Assembly (NCBI GenBank): GCA_951406725.2
Contig: OX597839.1
Coordinates: 22,506,001 to 22,570,000 of the forward strand
Origin: Octopus vulgaris
Lineage: Eukaryota
Length of the DNA stretch: 64,000 nt
Reading direction: 5' to 3'
A program made the translations under genes and the position numbers. Below the pieces are notes generated by a model. The model ran no database searches and was not told the origin of the DNA. It saw nothing but the letters and a program-made list of their open reading frames with translations. Of this stretch, positions 50,610 to 64,000 are shown one piece after another. Every line of letters begins with the position of its first letter. Positions within the stretch are counted from its first letter, which is position 1.

Positions 50610-53600
50610 TGGCATCAGCTATGGGAATCACACACACACATCATGGTGTTGTCCAGACTGTCAGATGCAGTTATACATCACTGGTCACAATGCACTTTAC
50701 ATTGCTTTTTGGCATTTGAATGATGCCACCACACTGGCTAGGTTAAGCAAGTCAACATCACCACTGGTCAGTCCATTACAATGGTCACCCATTGACAGCT
50801 GAATGGACTGGAGCCACTAGGGGAGCTAGAGTGTGCTCCACCCGGCGTGGCCCTGCTGGGCCCTACAAGAAACACATACTTCCTACAGTAGACCCAAAAG
50901 TGCCCTTCCTTTAAAAGCACTGCCTGGGGAGGGGGACCCCACCTTCCGCCAGCTACGTTAGTGACTGAAGCTAGGTGAAATGAAGTGTTTTGGTCAAAAA
51001 TACATTGTGCCAACCAGTCCAGGAATTGAACCCATAATCTAGGAAAACCCTAACCACTGGGCCATGTGCCTATGGGGAGGTGAGTATCTAATTATACCTC
51101 TACTTGCAGCTGCAAGAGTCGAGGTAGTGTTGTCACCTGTTGGTCTCCTGTGAATGTTCTTTTATAGATTTTACTGATAGTGTTTGTGTGATTTTTAAAT
51201 GTGTTTAAAGCCCCATGAGATGAGAAAGGGCAGTATTGTCGAGTCTCTTGGGAGAAAGGGAAGAAGCTTTCTTCAGTTCAAAGTCTTAGTCACCATGTTT
51301 TTTTATAGCTACGTTTTGGTTACTGTTTGTGTAACACTACTTTTATAAGTTTCCTATTTGGAAATAGATAATAAATCTGTTTTACTTTTGAAGTAGGAAT
51401 ATATATTGATAAACATCATTATACATAAATCCTGACGCCAGCTACATAAACGCCATAGCGAGGAATATATACTCTGAAACACTAATGTGTGCATGTATGT
51501 TGAAGATAAATAAAATTGTGTTCTTTTGATCTCTTTGAAAAAAAAGGTACTCAGTTTCATAATTGCAGGAATAAATTTCATTATTGAAGAATGAGAAGAA
51601 AGAGAAAATAATTACTACGTTAGTTTATTTATGTACTTTTAGCATTTATAGTACAATTGGAAAGTAAAGTCATTTTGCCATGGAGAATCACGACTTAAAA
51701 TCCACACTAAGCTAATCCTTCATACTAAGTACTTGGAGTTTCACAACAATTCAAATAAGTCTTGTTGGATTTAAGTCACAGACATGGCATAAAAAATAGC
51801 CAATATCTCAAGGAGTGAGTGTCATGGAGAGTTTAGTAACATCCAACGATCACTGAGTAATTTCTCAAAAATCAGGGTTTTTATAACTGCTCATATCCGA
51901 ATTCTAAGAACCGTATTTTGTGAAAGAATTCTCTTTGATGAAAGTTTGGAATTCAAATATGGGCAGTAATTTTAACCAATGAGATTACCAACAATTATGT
52001 TTGGGCAAACGACCATTACGTCATATTGCTGCCTTTTATGACTTGCTACACTTTCAACCGAACAGCTTGCTTGCAATACCTGCAACAGAGGGAGCACGGC
52101 AGATGGCACCCAGGGACCAGGTCTGCCTCAAGCCTACAGGCCCATGATGTCAGAGCTTATCTGAGTTTCTGAGGTGTTGCACTGTCTGAGGGCACAAGAT
52201 TCCCACCTGTACGGGATGCCAAGTCCCCAACAGATGCCACTGGCACTGATCCTCAACTGAGTGGACTGGAATAGCATAAAACGAATCATCTTGGTTCAAA
52301 GATGCACAACCTACTCCCTAGTCCAAGCACTGACCTTTTAACCTAATGGTCATGACCTAAAAGTTCAAACTGCCAGACCACATGCTGTCCCTACGTGCTT
52401 TTTGTTCATTAACCCTTTAGTGTTTGCATTATTCTGCCAAAATTAATCCTTTTTTATCTACATTGCCTTGAACTAATCAGGCATTATCTTGTAGCTATGA
52501 GAGACCAGATCTGGCCAGTTTGAACATAAAACAGGCAGAATACTTTTGGCCGGATATGGCCGGTTTAAATGCTAAAGGGTTAAACTGGGTGATGGATTAA
52601 ATCTATGTTTTATATACAGAAAGAAGGTACTTAACGATGAGGTAATTACTGATGCTCATGATGATGATGAATTTGTCTATGTCTAAACAGAACAGATATT
52701 TCTAGCAGTGAGAAGCAGCTAAAAGAATTTCAGATGATTGTTTCCTTCAGTGCTTTGGAGGAAAGAGCAGAGAGAAAGCCATTTCCTCAAGTTGAGGCAG
52801 AGGAAAAATGAAGAATGTTTTACTAATCTACAAGATTCCACAACCGTAGCTGGCAGTAGATACATAGCTTTTTATCTATCCGATTCAAAACAAGACAATT
52901 TTTAACTTCACAAAACCAGACACTGCAATTCTTTTTACAGAAATATACTGAAAGCCTTCAAGAGACAATTGTTTCAATTATAAATTCTCTGCCACAAGTT
53001 TGTTGATGATGTGACTGAGTGGACAAAAACCCCAGCCTATCTCTGGTTGATACGATCATTTCAAGTGTAGGATACTTGACTGACTAAAATACAATCTCTG
53101 CTGCTCATTTTCTCTTCCTATCTCTCTCTCTCTCTCTGTCAACTATCCTCATTTCCCTCCACTATAAACTCACATGAAACACACCTTATCCAAACATTTA
53201 TCAAGGTCGTCTGCTGGCACATAAAACTTCTTACCTAAACTACTTGAATGGTGACTTGTTCAAAACTTTATCATCTCAAGACATTCAACTACAAATACAC
53301 TCCATTCTTTTCTTTACAATTTCTCCACATTCTATACTTCCTTTCTTTGACAATTTCTCAGAAATAAAGCAATACGAAGGCAAAAAAAATCTAAAAACAA
53401 TCTCTGTTCTGTAATTCTTTTGCAAGGTTTCACTTAATAAGTCACAGGACAACAGAAATACGTTTGCTTACAATGAATGTGTAATGCGTAGATGGGAGAT
53501 GTTTTATTTATTGATAAGTTTTTAAGAATTGCTAGCAATGCCAAATAGCTTATCACGCTATCTGACAACCTGTTTCAAAGGCAGCAACTGTCATTTACAT

Positions 53601-53650
53601 ATCTATATATGTATATATATATACAGATATATATTCATACATATATATAT

Positions 53651-53763
<113 letters not shown>

Positions 53764-53879
53764 TACATATACATATATATACAGATATATATACATATAT
53801 ATATACATATATATATATACAGATATATATACATATATATATATACAGATATATATATATATATATACAATATATATAC

Positions 53880-53913
<34 letters not shown>

Positions 53914-54446
53914 TATACATACCATTTTTGTTTTACTTGTTTCAGATGTTCAGCTGCAGACATGCTGGGGCACTACCTTAAAGGGTTTTAGTTGAACAAA
54001 TCAACTCCAGGGCTTATTTCTTTTTCAGCCCAGTACTTATTTTACTGGTCTCTTTCGCTGAACCGGTAAGTTACAGGGACGTAAACAAACTAACACCAGT
54101 CATCAAGTGGTGGTATGGAGAACAAACAACACACACATGCAGTTTCCGTCAACCAAACTGACTTACAAGGCATTGGTCAGCTCGGGGCTATAGTAGAAAA
54201 CACTTGCCCAAGGAGCCATGCAGTGGGACTGAACCTGGAACCATGTGGTTGGGAAGTAAGCTTGTTTTATATATATATATATGTTTCTTTTTTGCATTTC
54301 AGGTGTTAGGAAGTGCATGCATCTAGCCATAGAAACCATGCCAAATCAAACTGGAGTGTGGTGTAGCCCCTCAGCTTACCAGTCCTGGTCAAACCCATGC
54401 TAGCATGGACAACAGATGTTAAATGATGATGATAATGATTATACAT

Positions 54447-54790
54447 ATACCAGCCAGTATCCCTGGTCTGGTGGTACGTAAAAAGCACTATCCGACTCGT
54501 GGCCGATGCCAGCGCCGCCTCGACTGGCTTCCGTGCCGGTGGCACATAAAATACACTAATCCAACCGTGGCCGTTGCCAGCCTCGCCTGGCACCTGTGCA
54601 GGTGGCCCGTAAAAAGCACCCACTACACTCACGGAGTGGTTGGCGTTAGGAAGGGCATCCAGCTGTAGAAACATTGCCAGATAAGACTGGAGCCTGGTGC
54701 AGCCTTCTGGCTTCCAAGATCCCCGGTCGAACCGTCCAACCCATGCTAGCATGGAGAACGGACGTTAAACAATGATGATGATGATGATGA
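54447..54790 (+). mobile_element. SINE-like family D with internal repeats (ggtggcacgtaaaaagcac, three times) and a (GAT)n tail
   Basis: Near-identical reverse copy at 61786-62086. Fragments at 9430-9605, 15340-15440, 28150-28340, 54300-54430 and 63385-63510. Confidence 0.85.
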
Positions 54791-54885
54791 TACATCATCA
54801 TCATCATCATCGTTTAACGTCCATTATATATATATATTACCAGGCCACTGGTAATAATAATTTATTATTACCCTATTTTCATTAT

Positions 54886-54919
<34 letters not shown>

Positions 54920-55216
54920 TAGCATGGAAGGCGGACGCTAAACGATGATGATGATATATATATATATATATATATGCTTTAAAATAATATAGGGTAGGAA
55001 AATTATGGAAATTTTTCTACCACATGGTAAATGCTTTTATTTTTCATTCCCTTCAAAATTGCTCCTAACTGTGGTTTGGACTTTTGACTGTTCCTTCTAG
55101 CATGTAAGGTGACCTGTTAAGGGTCACTTCTTTTTGTGTTTAAATGTACACTAATTTTATATGTATGTATTGTATGTATGTACAATCAACGTTGAACCCC
55201 CTATATATATATAGTA

Positions 55217-55648
55217 CTAGCAGATTGACCCGGCTTTGCTCGGGTGGATAGAAATTTGATGAATAACTTGTTTAAGCGTTAATTTTGACGAAATTGCATT
55301 CCATTTTATCCATACTTTTGGAAAAATCAAAACAAAGATATTGTCCGCAACAACGCATATTTCTATAAATTTGAAGAAAACAGCAGAACTTATGAAATCT
55401 GCTATTCGAACTATATAACCATTTTTAGAGAGTTACTTCCCTTATATAAACCGAGCAAAAAATGCATTAAAAATGATGGCAAATTTTTTTATCATCGTAC
55501 ACGCGTGCTAATACCCAGAAGGGCTCGATATGAATCACGACTATAAGATACCCGCTCTTAGTTAAACTGCACCGCAAAATGTGGGAGTAGTTAGGAATCT
55601 AAATCGGAGGAGACAGACTCTCACACAACTTCAGTTTTATATATATAG
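55217..55648 (-). mobile_element. Non-autonomous Helitron (related family)
   Basis: Same terminus (+ strand actagcag..cccggc..tgctcggg) and a shared catttttagagagtta segment with 45219-45608. Confidence 0.75.
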
Positions 55649-56139
55649 TATTCCTCTGAATACTAGAATATTAGATTCTAGTGTGATGTGTGACTGATTC
55701 TGCTGCATACGTTTCCTGATGGCCACCTCCATGGGTAAACTGCATTGGAATGTCTACTTTAAGAAGAAGATGAACTGCAACTGAACCAGCAAACTGCACG
55801 TAAATGTGACAACAAAGGATTTCCAGAAACTTATGCAGTGGACACGTATGTCAGATGGGATTTTGATAAGAATAATACCATAATTAAACAGGATTTAAAT
55901 ATGTATAAGTCTCCATTTTCCTTTGATATCTTTATACGTGTGTGTGTGTGTGTGTGTGTGTGTGGTATACTGCTATTAAATAGTAAGAAATATTGATGAA
56001 GATGCTATATATCTTGTTTTATGTGATCAGTTTCAGAATGTGTGCATGTATGAATGTATGGATTGATAGATGAAAGGACATGTATGTATAGATGGATGGA
56101 TGGATGGATGGATGCATGCATGCATGTGTGTGTATGTGA

Positions 56140-56173
<34 letters not shown>

Positions 56174-56205
56174 CTATATTACATGTGTGTGTGTGTGTGT
56201 ATATG

Positions 56206-56247
<42 letters not shown>

Positions 56248-57754
56248 TGTGTGTGTGTGTGTGTGTGTGTATGTAGATTATATATGTGTATATTCCACAA
56301 GAAATGCATCAATTATGATTAATGACAAACAGAAACAGGAAGACAGACGAACAGACAGACAGACAGATAGACATTCAGAATATAATGCGTTTACTTGCCT
56401 TTGTGAAGCTTTTAGCAACAGCAAATTTTTATCAGAAACGACTTACCTAAAAAAGAAAGATAAAAATAGATTATGATATCAGGTTTAAACAATGCAAAAA
56501 AGTTAACAGATGACAGCCATTATCATAATGTTTGTCAGTGGAAAGGTGAGAAAAATGTGGAGCTTTCTCACTCTTGCACAAACAGCAAATGTTTCAACAT
56601 TATTATTATTATTATTATTATTAAATACAAAGGAAGGTGGCCGGCTAGCGGAATTGTTGCGGCGCCAGATGAAATGGTTAGCAACATTTCCTCTGGCTCT
56701 GAGTTCAAATTCCGCTGATGTCCTTTCAGGTTTGATAAATTGAGTACCAGTCATGCACTGGGATCGATGTAATCGACTACCCTTCACCCAAATTTCAGGC
56801 CTTATGCCTATAGTAGAAAGGATTATTATTATTATTGATGATGGTGAGCTAGCAGAATGGTTGCTGCATTAGACAAAATGATTAGCAGCATTTCTTCTGG
56901 CCCTTTATGTTCTGAGTTCAAATTCTGCCGAGGTCAGCTTTGCTTTCAAGGTCAATATAATTAACTTTCCCCTCCCCCACACCTCTGACAAGTTTAGAAA
57001 AAATTATTTTAAAAAAATGGAAATTTAGAAGAAATAGTAAGTTCATTAGTTTTCATAAATTTATTTCACAAGAATTTGGGATTCATTTGCAAAAGAATAA
57101 GAAATAATTCAGTTTTTCAAGTAAGTTTTTCTTTATATTAATTAGTTGCTAAGATTCGTTATTTGTAAGCAAAGGTAAAAGTTTTACTTTCGAGAGAAAG
57201 TGAGATGAAATTATGGGTCAGCCCAGCATCGTTGGGGACAAAATAACATGGAACAAAATATAGGAACAAAAAAAAAATTCCACAAAAACTATTCCCTTCT
57301 CAGTTGTTTATCAGGATGGTCATTGCACCAATAACACACACATAGGTTCAATATCACTTCTTTATTATTAGTCAATCAGTTAAATATCTAACCAAATTGA
57401 CTAATTGATTGATTGCTTAATATTTTGGCTAAACAACCAACTGGTTGTTTATTAGTCAAAGTCCTTTCATTGCTATTCACAACCCCTTCAATAACTTGCC
57501 CTCTCTCTCTCTCTCTTCAGGGTCTGCTCCAAGTCTAAAAAAAACCCTAACAAATATTCTCTTCACCGTTATCTCAACCAATTTATAAAACAGAAATTGT
57601 GAATTCCTATGGGTGCAGGTGTGGCTATGTGGGAAGAAGCTTGCATTCTAACCCCATGGTTCTGTGGTTAGAAAGCACTGCATGGCACCTTGGGCCTCGG
57701 GCCAACCAAAGCCTTGTGAGTGGATTTGGTGGACAGAAACTGAAAGAAGCCCAT

Positions 57755-57809
<55 letters not shown>

Positions 57810-58035
57810 GTGTTTGTGTCTGTGTTTAGGTCCCCAGAACTTAGTGGTTTGGCATAAAAGGACTGATATAATAAGCACCAAGCTTACAAAGAGTAAGTCT
57901 GGGTGTCGATTGGTTGCAACTAAAGAAGGTGGTGCTCCAGCATGGCCGCAGTCAAAAAATGATTGAAACAAGTAGAAGAACAAAATAAAGGTGCCTCATA
58001 AATTTATTGTCACATGTTTTCCGCTTAATCTTCAG

Positions 58036-58275
58036 GAATTCTCATCATATCACGATGACGTAAAAACAGTCACAACTTCTCTCCAGATATCCAACACCAC
58101 CACCACCACCACAACCACCACCACCACCAACAACACCACAACCACCACCACCACCACCACCACCACCACCACCACCACCACCACCACCACCACCAACAAC
58201 AACATAACAACCATCAATAGGAAAAAAAGTGCATTATTATCGTTAACTCGGCAATTGTCCAACAGTCTTAATTAA
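58036..58275 (+). CDS. Candidate terminal exon containing a poly-Thr tract (EFSSYHDDVKTVTTSLQISN-T(n)-INRKKSALLSLTRQLSNSLN*)
   Basis: Acceptor tgttttccgcttaatcttcag|G, phase 0. Part of the open frame is an (ACC)n repeat, so ORF length is weak evidence. Confidence 0.3.
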   Translation, partial: EFSSYHDDVKTVTTSLQISNTTTTTTTTTTTNNTTTTTTTTTTTTTTTTTTTTNNNITTINRKKSALLSLTRQLSNSLN

Positions 58276-58634
58276 TCTATATTTGTGTAAACACAATCAG
58301 ATGGGAATGGCTGGAAGATGAAGTCCAATACCAAATAGAAGAGGAGGAGGAGGAAGAGGACAAAAGCAGAATTCCTGAAAAATAGGTAACCCAGATATAT
58401 GGTTTTTGTTTGGTTTTATTAATTTTTATTGTTTTGCATTGCATTTTGTGAAGAATGGCGTCATTGATGATGGGTTTCAAACAGACCAATCGTATTGGTT
58501 TCCAGTGTTTCAGGCGATGAGGGTGATATGGGAGTAGCAGTGTACCACAGACAGAACTAATATCACAAGGGATATTTCTATTAAAAAGAACCGGGCTTTT
58601 GATTTTCTCATAACTGTAAAAAATTATACACAAA

Positions 58635-60622
<1,988 letters not shown>

Positions 60623-60937
60623 ATTGACCTTTGACATGGTCGAGCAACCAGTCCCAACCAGTGAGGATTCCACAATATGATTAGCACTCTTAATCCTGTT
60701 AACCACAAGATACAAAACGGGGTTCACGACTCTCCCCTTGAACACCAATCCATTGCCTAGGCTACCCATTTACAGCAGAGTGGAATGGGGTGTTTGCTTA
60801 AAAACATAATGCACAGTCAGTCTGGGAATTGAAACTATGATCCTGTGATCATGAGGGCAACATCCTAACCACTAGGCCACACGCCTTCCCAGATGGATGG
60901 GTGGATGGATGGAACGATAGATAGATAATTAGATAGG

Positions 60938-60976
<39 letters not shown>

Positions 60977-61096
60977 GGGGAGATAGAGATAGATAGATAG
61001 GTAGATAGATAGATAGGTAGATAGATAGATAGGTAGATAGAGAGAGAGAGGGGGGGGAGATAGAGATAGATAGATAGATAGAGAGAGAGGAGATAG

Positions 61097-61128
<32 letters not shown>

Positions 61129-61785
61129 GGATGGGTGGATATGTAGATGGATGGATGGATGGATACACAACACAAAGATCAGGATTAGAAAGTAATTGCC
61201 ACTTTACTAAACATCTATAACATGATGACGATGATGATGATGATGATGATGATGATGCAAAAGAGAGGAAGCTAAAGGAAAAAGCATGCCTCAGCCCACA
61301 TCATCATCATCTCAATACTAGGATTGTTCTTAGAATTCGCCTTTATCACATTCTACGAAAGTGCCAGAGGTGAACTGAAGAACTACTATAAACAAAAAGC
61401 ATTCTGTTCCACTTTAGAATTGTTGTCAGTGTTTTCGTTGTTGGCAGCAGCGGCAGCAGCAGCACAAGAGACATATGTTCTGATGATATAAACTTTCCTC
61501 AAATGTTCTTCGCAACACATGGTGCCCAGACCAAAGGAATTGCTAAACATCAAGCGGCTGTATGATTTACAACAAGCTCTATCGTAGATCGCTATCAGGA
61601 ATCAAGAAACCCATGTCAGAGATAATCTCACAGAGACTCTTGGTCCCGTGCTTCTATCGGACAATCTTATTGGCATTCATCTGTTTCCGGAGAAGTTTTC
61701 ATGTTTAAACAAACCACTTCAACACTCGTTACAAACAATTGCTTTCATTTGTAATCATTACGTGAAGCAAAATTTATTGTGAAGA

Positions 61786-62086
61786 TCATCATCATCATCA
61801 TCGTTTAACGTCCGCTCTCCATGCTAGCATGGGTTGGACGGTTCAACTGGGGATCTGGGAAGCCAGGAGGCTGCACCAGGCTCCAATCTGATCTGGCAGT
61901 GTTTCTACAGCTGGATGCCCTTCCTAACGCCAACCACTCCGTGAGTGTAGTGGGTGCTTTTTACGTGCCACCTGCACAGGTGCCAGGCGAGGCTGGCAAC
62001 GGCCACGGTCGGATTGGTGTATTCTACGTGCCACCGGCACGGAAGCCAGTCGAGGCGGCGCTGGCATCGGCCACGAGTCGGATAAA
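61786..62086 (-). mobile_element. SINE-like family D copy
   Basis: Reverse complement of 54490-54790, with a (CAT)n tail on the + strand. Confidence 0.85.
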
Positions 62087-62899
62087 AAGCAGACCAGCCA
62101 CCGGATGCCCAAATTTCGATATTTATAGAAATACGATGACTTCATTGTGGGGAATCACAAACAAACCTGTAACAGGATGCTGACTCCGACACTCCAGAAC
62201 AACTTGAAAACATGTGACGCACTATGTGGGTCTTCTGATTATGTAAACATCTTTTGTTTTACGTATCTTTTACTTGTTTCAGTCATTAGACTGTTGCCAT
62301 GCTGGGGCACTGCCTTGAAGAATTTTAAACTAAATGGATTGACTCCAATAATTATTTTTTGTTAAAGTTTAGTATTTATTCTATTGATCTATTTTGCCAA
62401 ACTGCTAAGGTACAGGGGTGTAAACAAATCAACACTGGTTGTCAAGTGGCGGAGTAACAGAGACACAAAGACGCACACACACTGGGGGCTTCTTTCAATT
62501 TCCATCAACCAAATCCACTCTCAAGGCTTTGGTTGGTTGGTGTGAGGTTAGGGTAGAAGACACTTGGCCAAGGTGCCACACAATGGAACTGAACCTGGAA
62601 CCATGTGGTTGGGAAGCGAGCTTTTTACCACACACCCACATTAGCCACACTGTGCCTATATGTTGAATATTTCACCAATTCTCTCTTAAATACCATTTAT
62701 TTCTGAGAGGGTTTCTTTTTGCTATTTTATTGGTTTTTGCAAAACACTTTGCCTTCACAGATGGAGCAGGGCAGCTGGGGGGGGGGGGGCTGCTTTTACA
62801 TTTTACTGTCTTTCTTTATGTTGTCCTTGCAGTCACCATTCAAGCAAAGACTTTGTAACACCCAGTCAGGTTTCCTATACATTTGAAGTTCAAATCCCA

Positions 62900-63297
62900 T
62901 TCTTTCTTTTCTTTTCTTTTACTTGTTTCAGTCATTTGACTGTGACCATGCTGGAGCACCACCTTTAGTCGAGCAAATCGACCCCGGGACTTATTCGTTG
63001 TAAGCCCAGTACTTATTCTATCGGTCTCTTTTGCCGAACCGCTAAGTGACGGGGACGTAAACACACCAGCATCGGTTGTCATGTAATGCTAGGGGGACAA
63101 ACACAGACACACAAACACACACACATACATATATATATATATACGACAGGCTTCTTTCAGTTTCCGTCTACCAAATCCACTCACAAGGCATTGGGGCTAT
63201 AGCAGAAGACACTTGTCCAAGATGCCACGCAGTGGAACTGAACCCGGAACCATGTGGTTGATTAGCAAGCTACTTACCACACAGCCATTCCTGCGCC
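62900..63297 (-). mobile_element. SINE family A copy
   Basis: Near-identical copy. Confidence 0.9.
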
Positions 63298-63469
63298 TAT
63301 TTGCTAACTCTAATTTATTCTCCTCCTGGGGTAGTTAAAACAATTATTAGCAATATTCTGACACTGATTGTATCAAAACTGCTACAGTAGCCTGGGAGCA
63401 GTCTTCTATCTGGCTGGGCTCCTGTCAAACCATCCAACCCTTGCCAGCATGGAAGGAGGGCATTAAATT

Positions 63470-63509
<40 letters not shown>

Positions 63510-63559
63510 CTTGAATCCCCCAAAATCTGTGAAATTGTGCCAATACAAAGTAGCAATCT

Positions 63560-63900
63560 CGCAGACCTTTTGGTCTACAATTATTCCTGTTTCTCAAATT
63601 ACTTAACAAATAATTCTTACACACAAATCTTGTCAAAGAAGGGTGAAGGGTTTCTGGGTGGTATGGATGGTTTGTGTGAAGAACTGGCTTCTCATTCATT
63701 TCAGCATTAAAACATTCACACAGAGAAGGGCAGCTGTGATGGAACCAGATTATATTGGAACCTTTTTTTCTTTTTGATTTGTTGGTTGTTTTCTGGTAGT
63801 GTTTCTTCTCACACAGAACACACGGATTCCATCGCATAACTACAATAGGTGTGGTTTGGTCAAATATTTCTTTGAGAAGAAATATATTGGAAGTCTGAGC
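63560..63900 (-). mobile_element. Probable degenerate Penelope-like element fragment
   Basis: SKRKKGSNIIWF resembles the KRNIIWFNPP linker of some PLE clades. The remainder is diverged. Confidence 0.4.
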
Positions 63901-64000
63901 TAATATTTCTAAGCAGATTCTTTGAGGAAAAATAAGAACTGAAATTCAAAGCCTCCCTCATACACAAACATGCTTTTTCTTGTTTGTGTGTGTGTGTGTG

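Noticed and set aside
52640-53100. Plus-strand exon candidates after strong acceptors (52751, 52941)
   Set aside because: Translations look like a decayed RTE LINE 3' region (KQLKEFQM, KNEE, DDVTEW).
61470-61785. About 90-codon plus frame with one stop, and an IQPLD pogo-like motif on the minus strand
   Set aside because: Neither reading is consistent enough to call.

Overview
This is AT-rich, microsatellite-dense eukaryotic DNA. The repeat landscape (tRNA-derived SINEs with CORE-like and Meta-like domains, RTE, CR1 and Penelope retroelement remnants, TTAA-type MITEs, Helitron-type elements, very long (AT)n arrays) points to an octopus or other coleoid cephalopod genome; that assignment is inference. 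Almost all ORFs in the supplied track are microsatellite or SINE artefacts. Small exons are hidden among the repeats. A minus-strand chain (12949-12883, 2820-2760, 2108-2047) splices in phase into a PH-domain-like N-terminus. A strong minus-strand first coding exon at 41291-41104 ends in SLLKKLL, with candidate downstream exons at 25.5, 24.9 and 20.5 kb. A tentative antisense plus-strand gene has its start codon in the last unit of a 57-bp minisatellite, and 11 of the earlier units each encode a 5-aa uORF. A Penelope-like GIY-YIG locus at 48 kb has two minimal hammerhead-ribozyme motifs carrying the compensatory U3-A8 core pair. All gene models are hand-derived and need RNA-seq.
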